Shown in pieces: positions 38,984 to 50,921 of a stretch of 64,000 bases of DNA (its first letter is position 1; each line of letters begins with the position of its first letter). The stretch is from contig CM119372.1 in assembly GCA_051294905.1 (NCBI GenBank), forward strand, positions 24,306,001 to 24,370,000, written 5' to 3'. The stretch is from Botryllus schlosseri (lineage: Eukaryota). The notes below the pieces were generated by a model that was not told the DNA's origin, did not search any database, and was given only the letters and a program-made list of their open reading frames with translations. The translations under genes and the position numbers were made by a program.

Positions 38984-41699
38984 GTGTGAACAGAACCACG
39001 CCAACCCGCCACCTAAATTATATTCACCGATACCTTCGTGAAATCATACCGGTCACTCCGTATATCCACTGCGCGCGAAGCGCGACGAAAATTCTTGGCT
39101 TTACTCAACTTTTATGCAAATTAAATGTTGATACTGATACGTGAAAACAGCCCCGAAATTTCTCAGGCTATCTTCCTGATTGGAAGATTGAACTACTTCT
39201 ACTTGACAAACTGAAAATAGCGAAAAGTAAGTAAGTAGATCACAAAATATTACGAAGTAGAAGTAGAAGTAGCGAAAATCAAATTCACTTGAGTAGGTGC
39301 CAGAAGTAGATGAAAACTACTTGAGTACTTCGAAAAAGTAGAAGTACTTCGTTACTGACCACCTCTGGTTACCGGCAGTTTAATTTCATAACTAACACTG
39401 ATCGACATTTTTCAACTTTTTTTTTCAGAACGAATAATTGAGTTTACCTAATTTGACGATACGATACGATACGAATTTGCCGTCAGAATTCACTCATCAC
39501 TTCGCAATCTTTCGCAAAAATCGAATAACAATTTTACTCAAAAACGGCTAGGGCACTTATGCCCGTTTAGGTACGTATATGATATGAAACACATCCTACA
39601 AAGCGCTCAATTTACTTTATTGTATTTGAGGTGTTATTATCTTAAACTAAACCCTCCAAATAATCAGGATCCTTAGTATTTCCAAGAAATTTAGGTGCAA
39701 CTTCAATGAAAGAGAATCGTAATAAGAAATAGGAGGTTTTGGTGAGTGTTCTGATTTGAGGTCCCACAAATACACCCTCTACTCAAGTTAGGAAACCTTT
39801 CGTGAATGTATCTAGAACATGCACCCTCTTTGATCAGAGCCTTTAAAAACTTTTTCGTCGGATCCAGTTTAATATATAATGGTGGAAATACAACATTAGA
39901 TCAGTCGATATATCAAAAATTTGGATTATCAATAAAATAGTATTTACGGTGACCAATTCAAGTGTGCCCACCGTAAATACTATTTTATTCAAATCCAAAT
40001 TTTTCGATGGCGATAACCCCGCTCCCACGGGTTGGAATTGAGCTAAATTTGGTGAACATCGTTTCTATAGACAACCTGACACTTTCTTTGGGTGAACAGA
40101 GAATTTTGAAATTTTTGTTATTTATTTTTATATAATAAACAGAAACTTTGTTCTTCCTGTAGCAATGCGGCTATTGGCTGGAATTGAACCAAATTTGGTG
40201 TGCAGGCCTAAATTAGGTAACCTAATAATTTTATCAAGTATCCAGTACAATTTGAGAAAAAAAGTCATTTTTGAAGACCCCGAATGTGTATTCACTATCA
40301 CGATACAACGATACATATACCAAGCAACAGTGGTATCAGTGCCAAGTATATGTTTTGATTTTAATCTGGAACCTACAATAAGAGCGGATTAATTTGGCAA
40401 ATTCAAATTTATGACAAAGGTATTTAGTTCAGCTTGATTCGACTTTATATAGCTGCTGATCACCCTCACACTCATGCTGAGAACATTCTTCAGACAAAGA
40501 CTCTTCACCAAGAGAATCTTCTTCAAGTGTTGGTAAAACTTTTGCAGGCAATGGAATTGTGACATATGGCCCATGAGGAATCGGTCGTATTGCGCAAGTC
40601 TAATTAGATATTGAGTTTTATGCTTATTTTTGACATTGAATAAAAAAAAACACATCGGCAAATGCAACAATCTTTTTCATGTCCATGTGACTCTCTCCAT
40701 ACCATTGGCACACCAAATGCTAAAGATTTTCTATTTTAAAATGCTTCACAGCCTCAATGTCGCTATATTTTTCATTCAGTATGCTCTGAATTCCTCTTCT
40801 TTACATCGCCTAGGCCGCGGTGGGTGTCTGATTTCAAAAACTACTCCAAGTCGTTTGGACGCCTTCCTATCTTTTCATTGTATCGCAGTCTTATGATGTT
40901 TTGAAAGGAAAAAAAATAATAAATTGATCCTGATATTCTAGGACTAGCATACTTTAATTTTTTGCATACTTATAAATGGTCACTTTTACTTCTACTTGAG
41001 TAGAAATTGACGCCGTTACTTCTACTTCTACTTGAGTATCTATGGTAAGTACTTTGACCACCTCTGATGACGTCATAAGGGTTATAGCTATGACCAATAT
41101 TCCCTCTAAGCTGCGCACGTGCGGAAATGCGCAGAGCTGACACGGTCTCTGCGCACAAAAAATCCAAAGTGATGACATTTTTTTAGTTGTTACGCATTGT
41201 TGTCCAAGGGTCTGCGCAGTGAGTTGGTGAGTGTGCGCAGACTCGTCAAAAATTAGAGGGAACATTGGCTTTGACCCAGCAGCAAGGAATACGTCACAGA
41301 ACAGGCTGGTTTTAGTACTGAAACGCCAAATTTTATATCGCAGATTATAAAAATCTTGACGTGATAAGAAAAAGCGACTTCATATTCGTTATCAGCGTAC
41401 GAAAATTGACTTAATAGTCATCATTTCGGCCAAAAAACAAAAATCATGTCGACCAGTGCCATGACATCTTGAGGCCATACAACGACAATGCTGTAAAAGA
41501 TACTCACATTGCCTGAATATGCCTTGCTTTTGCAGGTTTTGCGAGTGTTGAGGGGTTTTACAGTGTATTCAGTTGTATTTAATTTAGTTAGTTCAATTCT
41601 AGTTCTGTTTCTTGTTACACAATTTGAAAATCCAGTCGTTTGTACAAGTACGATTGTCTGTAATCGGCCCTAAAAAGGAATATGTGGCATGTCACCGAC

Positions 41700-41819
41700 C
41701 TTGATCTGGGGAATGTACGTCTCCGTAGACATTGAGTTTGTAGGAGTCTCCACCAACCGTAACCGAGCTGCCCGTGAAGTACATATCGCGGAAATCCCCT
41801 TCAACTAATGTTGCGGATT
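41700..41819 (-). CDS. Predicted NLR N-terminal exon with a RHIM-like motif (ESATLVEGDFRDMYFTGSSVTVGGDSYKLNVYGDVHSPDQG)
   Basis: atttatttcAG acceptor and AG|GTCGGT donor; 120 bp, stop-free, phase 1-1; joins the NACHT exon in frame. It lies in unique sequence between transposons. Confidence 0.7.
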
Positions 41820-42222
41820 CTGAAATAAATGAAAATTCACCTTTTACGAGTTGTGAAAGTAGAACATTTCACCGCATAAAATGTTGAGTAGTGTTTCGGA
41901 GGTGGAATCGGATGTTACCACACATGTCCCGAACCCGGCCCGCACACACTGGATTTGATACCGAAACCGGTCCGAACCCGACTGTAATATTGGAGCTATA
42001 TTGCAGTCAAATTCGTGCATCATGCTGCGGCTCTTAGTAGGTTCAAAGTAAAATAGATGTTTATAGGATTATTTCATGCTGTTGGAATACCGACTTTAGA
42101 ACTATCATAGTATTGTTGCGCTTGCGCAACGTCTGTACAACATTACATTTTCAAATTGATTGTGACGTAGCACGATAGATCCGTAAGTTTACGGGCGTTT
42201 TGCCCGCGAGCCGCATTTGATG

Positions 42223-43744
42223 CAGTGTTGGGATGACTCGAGTCATGAGACATGAGACATGAGTCATTGCATCTTATCAATTCGTTTCTCTATTCTTTAT
42301 TCTTTATTTTGGCTCGTAGCTACAAACCGAGGCTATGCAATTACTTACGCCGTTTAACAGTTCTACGTATATCTTAGCGATACAGCACCTTCGTGCGTGT
42401 TTATTTACCTCTATATTTGTTAATCGGTTCGGAATCAATGACCAGTGACCACTCAATCTGCATCTCAGACAGATAGCAAAATGCAATGACGTAATCATGC
42501 CTCATACTTCGAAAAGGCAACTTGACTTGAATTGCGAGAAGGAGCTAGTCTGAGAACGAGTCTGCAGTTTAAACAATGCTTCTCTTTGTTACCGCTAATC
42601 AATGAACATATCTGAAGAAGATTCCCAGGATACTAGCAGATTTTCACTGACGGATCAAAAACTACGGCAGGCACTGCCGCAGCGTTTTATGTATCGCGAA
42701 CCATCAACGTTGCTACCACTATCATAAAAGAATCGAGTTCCTTCACTACAGAATTGTTTGGAATAAGCTTAGCCCTGCAATTGGCTGTGGAAAACAGCAA
42801 TTCCAATATACTAATACTCGTGGACTGTTTGAGCGCAATTCAAGCGATTGATAATATTTATGGGCGATCGTATCACCTCATCGCACCAATTTTACAAACG
42901 ATCCATCGGATATCGGAGGCAGGATACGAGGTCGCTATTGTTTGGATACCTAGTCATTATCAAATTCCCGGGAATGAAAAGGCAGATGAATTGGCCAGAC
43001 AACGAGCGAGTCAAGCCAGTTCGCAAAGGAATGAATTCAAACATTCCATACTAGACTTCGCTGCTTCGCGTCGGAAAAGGCGTGCGTCGAACTATGGAAT
43101 AACCGATATTACCAATCGGACAAGGCACAACAATATAAGGAATGTTTTTCAACAGTTTACAACAGAGCAGACGTGAATGGACTACCGAAAAGGTATCAAG
43201 CGATTTTGTTCCGACTACAAACCGGACATTGCGGATTACAAGCGCACCTATTCAAATTGAGCATAGCAGATTCAGTCACTTGCTCAACGTGCCGTCAAGA
43301 AGAGAGTGTCACCCATGATTTATTGACATGTCGGAATTACAGACACCAGAGAAGAGTTCTCGAGGACACGTGTCGGAGAGAGAATATCGTTCCCACCATA
43401 ACGAGCTTGTTGACTGACGCGCATATTTCTCCATACGTTGTGGAATTTGTTCTCGCTACGAAGTCATACATTTGATTTTAAATTTTGTAATGTAATTTTC
43501 GCCCCTAGATGGTAAATGCTTTTTTGGATATGGCGAACAAAACCATTCGCGTTATAATCGCCAGTCAAATAATAATCAACAACAACAACAACAACTTGAA
43601 TTGTGACTTGACTCGTGACTTGACTTGACTCGACTTGACTCGAGTTACCTCCAAGAATCGACTGACTTGACTTGACGCGAGTCAAAATGTGCAATGACTC
43701 GAAATGACTCGTGACTCGAAGGTAGTGACTTGATCCCAACACTG
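42223..43744. mobile_element. hAT-like MITE (CAGTGTTGGGAT ends) interrupted by a LINE
   Basis: TIR CAGTGTTGGGAT...ATCCCAACACTG, GACTTGACTC-rich subtermini and a degenerate TSD ATTTGATG/ATGTCATG. Confidence 0.7.
42535..43593 (+). mobile_element. 5'-truncated non-LTR retrotransposon (I-group-like): RNase H, CCHC-like knuckle, (AAC)n tail
   Basis: IFTDGSK, ELFGISLAL, LVDCLSAI and WIPSHYQIPGNEKADELA RNase H motifs; CSTC..ESVTH...C. Frameshifted. TSD ACTTGAATTG at 42525-42534 and 43594-43603. Confidence 0.9.
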
Positions 43745-45569
43745 ATGTCATGACATGTAGGATTGGATTTAAAACATATTGCAGTTTAAAACGCTTTGTA
43801 TAAAACATGTTCTAAATATTGCTTTAAACGAAGGCCTTTTTTATAATAAATTGTGTTTTTAAGTAAGTTATATAATTATGCCATAATTGAGTAAATACTT
43901 CCCAAAAAACATGTAGTGTGAGTCTACGGATGATTTACATCTGATATAGCCGATTTATACGATATGGAATGGTTGGAACCCTTGAAATAGTCGGATCAAC
44001 AGCTATAGTACAGATATATATCATTGGTACGGAATGAATGTTCCGATGACGATGAGCCATAGGTTGGAAGCCTATTTCGTCAAACAAGTTATATTTGCCC
44101 TATATTTTCAATTGGTAATGTCAATAGACTAATACGTCACCATGGAATATTCCGGGCTTAAAAAAAATCAAAAAAACAATAAGAAATATGTTTGAAACAA
44201 GGGCCTTGTTTTGAACATGTTTGTTTTAAATATAAATATTTTTTAAATGCAATCCTAATCACTACGGCAAGTTTTTGTTGCAGTTAGATCCGTGGAAAGT
44301 TGCATTTATTTTTTGACAAAAGTTGCATTGAAAGACCACAATTTGGTCGGTTAACTAAAAAAAATGGTCAACTTCTCAGTTCCACTCCCGAAATACAGTT
44401 TTCCATCCACATTCTCCATTGGTTGATTCCGAAATACCCGTTTGAACGTTATTTCAGTACGGTATTTCAGTCGAATTTGGTCGTGTATTTCACCAAAATT
44501 CTCATCAAAAAGCAGTGACATAATCAAGCGATCTATTTACATATACTGCCGAATATTTCCAGTAAAAAGTTGATTGCATGAAAAATCGGGAAAACTTTCA
44601 TGAAAAAAGTTGCATGAAAAAAATGGACAAAGCTGCAAAAAGTTGCATTATAAGATTCCTTCAAACAGGTTAAAACAGCATTCTACATATCTTCCGAGTA
44701 TTCAGGAAGCTGCAGGAAGCCGTGAAAAAAGTTGCAAACGTCGCAAAAACTTGCCCTACTAATCACATGTAATGTTCTCAATCGTTTGTTCACAACAAAA
44801 TCACTAACACAAACACGTCACCTACACGTATTGGGAACGTACGGCTTCGTTGCTTCGCAATGCTCACGTCAAATAAATTATATACGTTAATGGCAGTATA
44901 GGGCAGACTAGAGCCAGTCTGTATCAATAGAAATTGCCCGTACTCCGTTGTGAATGTCAAAATCGCGCACGTGAATTTCCCGGTACGCAGAATTCACCTC
45001 GCAATACGGGCCCAGAAACAGGCTGCTTTTATATCCTTGTATATATGGTGATCAAATGTTGAATCGCATATGCATGGTGTAGTTGTGTGATTTCTAAAAT
45101 TTCCTTCGTCAGTGCCGTGACCATTAAACCCCCGCTATATATGAGCATGCCCGATTATCACGTCTCGATTTTCTTACATTGTGTTGAGTTTCTCTCATAA
45201 TAATGATAATTTTTAGGACAGCTTTCTTGAAGCGCGAGATAGTTTCAGGTATCACTAAACTTATCTAATCTCATTAGCGCTCGCTTGCAAACGTCAAAGA
45301 GATTTAAGTAGTTGTGCTAAACAGAAGCACGCATTCGCGTAAGAACCTAATAAGTAGAGCGATATTTTTACCCAAAACGGAAGATTTTGACCTAAAAAAT
45401 CAAAATTTTGATTTCGCACATAATGGTAAAGTTGTACTGCTTATCTTCATTTCTCGTTGGAACTTCTGTCCTAACGAAGTAGTTTAGTTGACTAAAAACT
45501 GACAAATTTATCTGTCCCTATGAAGAATTCCAGTGGTTACATCACGTATTATGGTAAAAATAATAAAAA

Positions 45570-45800
45570 TGTGTTGCGTAGTGCAACGAAAGACACTTTC
45601 CTACATTGTCCGGCAGAAAGTGTCTGTCCTTACCAAGTAGCTTGCCAAGAATGGAGAAAGAACGTTCAACAGCAGCAGTTGTTGGCTGACGACACTGAAG
45701 TTGTGCGTACACTGCTAGTGACACACCGTGTTGCTTCATTTTGACAATGGTGTCTACATCATAATTTTTCATCATGCGCTTCTTCATGTGACAACCATGC
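45570..45800 (-). pseudogene. hAT transposase C-terminal dimerisation-domain remnant
   Basis: QPTTAAVERSFSILGKLLGKDRHFLPDN fits the P-x-[TS]-x-x-x-ERxFS hAT C-terminal motif. Related decayed copies at about 48790-48975 (+) and 52040-52330 (-). Confidence 0.7.
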
Positions 45801-48800
45801 AATGCCCAAGCAGTCTTGCTTCAGTAGGGATATTACGGTACGTTGACCATAACACCGTGTCAATCTATTTGTTTCATTTGACCGTTTAGGATTCACAATG
45901 AGCAGACAATGGGCCTGTAACCGCAGAAATTGAAGCCTATTCTGGGTACACGACCACATCGCACTATCAGCTGCCTACGCTTCGATTGTAAGTGAAGCAC
46001 GCGTATTCTTGGATGAAGTACGGTTTTTTGATGATACAAATTCCCAGCGATAAAACAACTGACCGAATGATTTATATATATATATTTTTTTAGGGTCTGG
46101 AGGGGCCGCAACCAACCTCCCCCTGTAGGGTTTGCCAGGGTGCTTATGTGGTTTCTGCGCATATTGGGGGTAAAATTGCACAACTCGACAACCACTGATC
46201 GTAAAGTCGTGATATATAGCTCAAAAGCTGCCAAAACATCATGTTGCTATCTGTCTTAAGAAGAAAGTTTTCTCCATTGTGGACACAAAACGAGTTGAAG
46301 CCAAAAAAAGTAAAATATTGAAGCAGGTTAATGGCGGGATTAACTAAGTTACATGTTAGTGTGATTTACACAAGATCAGCTAAATAAATCAATCTCATTA
46401 TATAAGAGCTGTTACTCCAGTTTTTAGAACAGGCCTGCGGGCAACTCATCTAGTACTTGCGGGCTACCTTAGGCCCGCGCTGGTGACCCCTGATCTAGCA
46501 TATGGGGCACGAGAGAAGCACTGTGATGGCAATATGCCGCTCAAATGAGGACATAGGCCTGCAAATCCTAATATCCAAGGTTAGAACGAGAACTAAGGAA
46601 GTGCGATTCGACTTTAGTAAAATGCGCCAAATTGGAGCCAACGCGCCAAACATTATTTTTCGCTGCCAACCGATTTTTTAAAGTGCCAAATTTCCGAAAT
46701 TTGGCTCTCAAATGCGCCAATTGGCAACACTGCAACGCGCTGTTCTCAATGAATCAAGCACGTGTAGTTGTGAAATACAATAAACCATCCATTCGTCACA
46801 ATGAAGAACCAGTAGCGTATGGCGCACTCATTTAAGGGTGAAATTCTGCGGCAACAGGGCGTTCTGCAACGGTAGGTCTATAAAGTAGGCTAGAAGCTCT
46901 AACTTATCAAATGACAAGTTCACCGGCAGTGCAAAATCTACGATACTGAAGAAATGCAGGTTGTAAAAAAGTTTTCACTTCGTGAAGAATTTTGACATTT
47001 TTTGACTAAACGCTGCAATTTTGTCAAAATATTGGCTTTTTTTCACATAAAAAAATCGCCCTAGTGATTCCCAAAATAGGCGCCAACGCCCCTGGAGTTG
47101 CCGGAGGGCAAGATGGAGCTATCGCTATAATTCGGGCGGTAGAATGTATCTGACGGGTAAGGCGCTTGTGCTTCATTTCTTTTCCAAGGGGTGCCAGCTA
47201 AGAAATGTTGGGAAAAGACTGATCTGAAAATACTTGCGTGTTATATAGTCACCATGGTCCACTGAATTTCGTACTGGAGTTCTGTATAGTTTTTGTAGAG
47301 GCCTGGCTATACCGGTCCTATCTATATCAGGGGTTCACAACCTTTTTGGGCCGTGGCCGAGACATAGTCCTACTTAATGTGCGGTAATCGTCGGCGCCAC
47401 TATGCCTTATTATCCTTGCTATTCATATTAAAATCTAGACCACTAACGACATGAATTCGCGCGAAGCGCAAATGAAACTTTCAAGTTGAAGAAGTCTCCT
47501 CCTAAAATACGACTGACAAAATAAATTTTCGCTTCCTTCGAGCTCTCCCCATTAGAAGAGTTTTTGGTGCGACAGTTACGACAACGGTAGCCCATATAGC
47601 TCTTGTTACTCAAAAGATTTATGCACTGCTCTAAAGCCTCAATACGTTACTATTCGTTGCTATGGAGCGGTATACTTCCACATGAAGTTGATAATTGATA
47701 TAACAGGCTACATTCAATTAGGATTATTTTGATGTTACAACATAGCTTTCAATACAGCATCCATTGTAAAAGAATATATAGTGAACTCGAAAACTTTTCG
47801 GGTGCCTCTTTTCAAGAGTTAGCGGCACACTAAAAGGTATTTAAACAGATCTGAATGCAAAAACCAAAAAGGCAAAGTATGACGCAACAATTAAAATCAC
47901 AGACCATGAAATTCGCAGTGTACCCATGGCAGCAATAACAAACCAGAAGTATACGGACATGCGGTACTATAGTTGCCAGTAAACTCGGCCCGCGGTAAAT
48001 TCGGCCCATGACCTCGGTAAATTCGGCCCTCTGAGAATATTTTATTAAAATGTATTATCTACCGTTAACATGAATTAATTACATAATTATACTATTATTA
48101 GGTGATTTGGATGTCAGGGCATGCGTAGATCGCGTGATCACGGGAGATAGCGCAGATATTCACGGGGACCGAATTTACCGAGGGCCGAATTACTCGGTAA
48201 ATTCGGCCCTCGGAGAATTTTGTTTAAAAATGTATTGCCGGGGCCTACGATAACGTAGGCCCCGGTATTACCAACTATTAATGTGAATTAATTGCATAAT
48301 TATATTATTATCGAGTGATTTGGAGGTAAGGGTATATGCGTATATCACGCAGTCACGGGAGATAACGCGGATATTTACGGGGCTGTGAACTTCGCATTTT
48401 ATATTTTACACATTTCAGTGTTGTAAATGGCACATTGTCTAGTTATTGTGCATCATAAACTACAGTATGTCATGAGAAATAATTATGTTGGTAAGGTCTA
48501 ATGATAAACACACCTCAAACGTGCTGCAAAGATTCAGGCAGGTCTCAATACATCTTGCGGCGATGGTGTTTTCGTAACCGAGTAAACGAGTGACTACCAA
48601 GCTCTGCCGCAGCTTATCAAAAACATGAAGACTTGCCTTTATAATCAAAGACGCTCGCATCGATATCTCAAATCTAAATCTGAAACGAGTTCTGGACGTT
48701 CTTATACCAAGAAGTGTAGGATGAAAGCATGCGATGTAGACACCATTGCCAGTATGAAGCAACAGGTTGTGATACCAGCAATATAAGTTGAACTTCAGTG

Positions 48801-50338
48801 CTGCCAGCTAAAACTGGTGCGGTTGAACGTTCTTTATCCATTCTCACCAAGCTACTTCATAAGACAGTTTCTACCATTTCATTATATACCAATATTTAGG
48901 TGTTTTTCAAACGATATCAATTTCAATAAATGACTGACTACCAGAAAATGTGGCAAAGTGACTCATTGTACCACAGTAAATTTTGACATTTTTTACAATA
49001 ATGCGTGTTTTAACTACGTTGGTCAAAATTTTATTAAAATAACTTTTTATAATCTAAAAATTGTCTAAACTTTCTATTTTTTAGGAACAATTTTTCACTT
49101 TTGCGTCAGAAAATGATCGCTCTAATGATGACATATTTTAATTGTCAGATTCTCGCTCAGATTCATATTTTCCATTATTCTGCATAGGGGTGTACAACTT
49201 TTATGCCAACGCTAAAAGGGTTTACCATTGCGAAAAAGGTTGAAGACCACTGTTCTAGTGGCGTCAATAGGAGCTTCAAGAAGTTTGATTGATCATACTA
49301 AGGGGGCGTGTGGCCTCGGTGGGGTGGCTGACGAAGTGCTGTTTCGCTCCTGACTGGGAGCGTATGGACGAGTTAGGGTTCTGGTTAAAATCATTTTACC
49401 CGTGATTAAAATTGATGGGAATGAATGGGATGAAAATGGGATGAATGACGACCACGTCAAACAAGGCGATGAAGGATAGCACTTAAACTTTAATAATGTG
49501 GGGCTGTGAATTATCATCCAGATAGCTGAAAACGTTCGACCTATATGTGGTAATGATAGCGGAATACGTTTAACCTGTATGATAATGATGGGTCGCCAGA
49601 ATCAATACTGATCTGTTCTAGTAGCGAGGAAAAATGTTGAGTCAAATCGGGACCATCCATAATAGTTGCATCTTCATGTGGATCGATGGAGGGGTTTCTG
49701 CCAGCAAACTGGATCAGACATGAGGGAATCTTTCGAATTCGGTAGACACTCCGGATTGCGCTTCGTTTGCGGCATCCCACCAGTGCCTCGGAAATAGCAG
49801 CAGCATGTCGCAGACAACTAACTAGTATCCATAACAAAACGCTAACATATTGATTGACTATCGCTGTTTGCATTTTTCCCATCTGTCTGTCAAATAGCTG
49901 AACTATACCGGTGACAGTGACTAGATACTATCTCCGGTTTATATAAAATGTACATGGTGGTCCGAAAATAAACCACATTCACGCATCTCGTCCGAAAATT
50001 CGAAAAAAAAATACTCAATAAAATCAAAATAGTAAAATTAAAATAAAAAATCAACGAAAAAAAACCTGATTTAAACCAGAATCCTAGACGAGTAGTGTGG
50101 CATGGATATGTCATCACGAAATAAAAAACACCCACAGCAATAAAGTGGTGATAGCGACTTGGATCAAGATAGATCAATTTTCCCAAAGAAAGCGCCAGCT
50201 ATATTGGGCGATGGGGTGGCGGTGAGAGTAAACATTGGCAATATACCCTGTGGGAAGCTGTTAATAGTTCTCTCTGTGCACCAAAGTCATATTTATGAAT
50301 ATGTGACCACGACGCCCGAGGTCGCACAAGAGGCATTC

Positions 50339-50921
50339 AATTATAGGTAACTGAGCTATGAATAGATACGCAACACCCGTCGTCACGCTTGCTTGCCCGG
50401 AGGTGATTACTACTCCGCAATCTGAACGCAACATAATTGCTAATCCCATAGCTGACGACCCGCGTGCTCAAATTCAATAAAGTTGATCTTAATTGAAAGT
50501 TACCGTCTCACTGATTCCGAAAATATACATTAAAATCTAATCGGGGCAATGGAATCCCCTTGAAATACACCTAAAAGTTTGAAATTCGGCATTGTTCTGA
50601 ACAATCGCAACCACGCAAGGGCCATCGTTATGGTCATTGTGTTGCGTCGCTGCGATTGTTTAGAACAATGCCGATTTTCAGACTTTAGGGTGTATTTCCA
50701 GGGAGTTTCATTGCCCTGATTGGATTTTAATGTATATTTTCGGAATCAGTGTGGCATTAGCTTTCAAATAAGATCAACTTTATTGAATTTAAGCGCGCGG
50801 GTCGTCAGCTATGGGATTAGCAATTAGGTTGCGTTCAGATTGCTGAGCAGTAATTACCTCCGGGCAAGCAAGCGTGACGACGGGTGTTGCGTATCTATCC
50901 GTTGGTTAGTTATCTATAATT
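50339..50921. repeat. About 580-bp fold-back (palindromic) element
   Basis: About 280-bp arms (AGATACGCAACACCCGTCGTCACGCTTGC...CCCATAGCTGACGACCCGCG) mirrored about a centre near 50628. Confidence 0.85.

Larger units (their letters stand above)
35018..39367. mobile_element. Non-autonomous hAT family A
   Basis: TIR CAGAGGTGGTCA...TGACCACCTCTG, AAGTAG-rich subtermini and a perfect 8-bp TSD GTTACCGG. Fragments also at about 28420-28620 and 40980-41067. Confidence 0.9.
34013..41565. mobile_element. CACTG-ended long-TIR element (CMC/EnSpm-like, non-autonomous) hosting nested insertions
   Basis: About 110-125-bp imperfect TIRs: CACTGTAAAACCC...ATGGCCTCAAGATATCATGG (34013-34136) and its reverse complement at 41459-41565. 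Superfamily is inferred from the CACTG ends only. Confidence 0.65.

Noticed and set aside
47977..48210. GGTAAATTCGGCCC clusters (also 51793-51886) as a novel regulatory array
   Set aside because: They are dispersed and inverted like MITE termini; most likely fragments of another small TIR element whose ends I could not define.
49541..49882. 113-aa minus-strand ORF as an extra NLR exon
   Set aside because: No acceptor/donor pair giving a stop-free phase 1-1 exon was found, and no recognisable motif.
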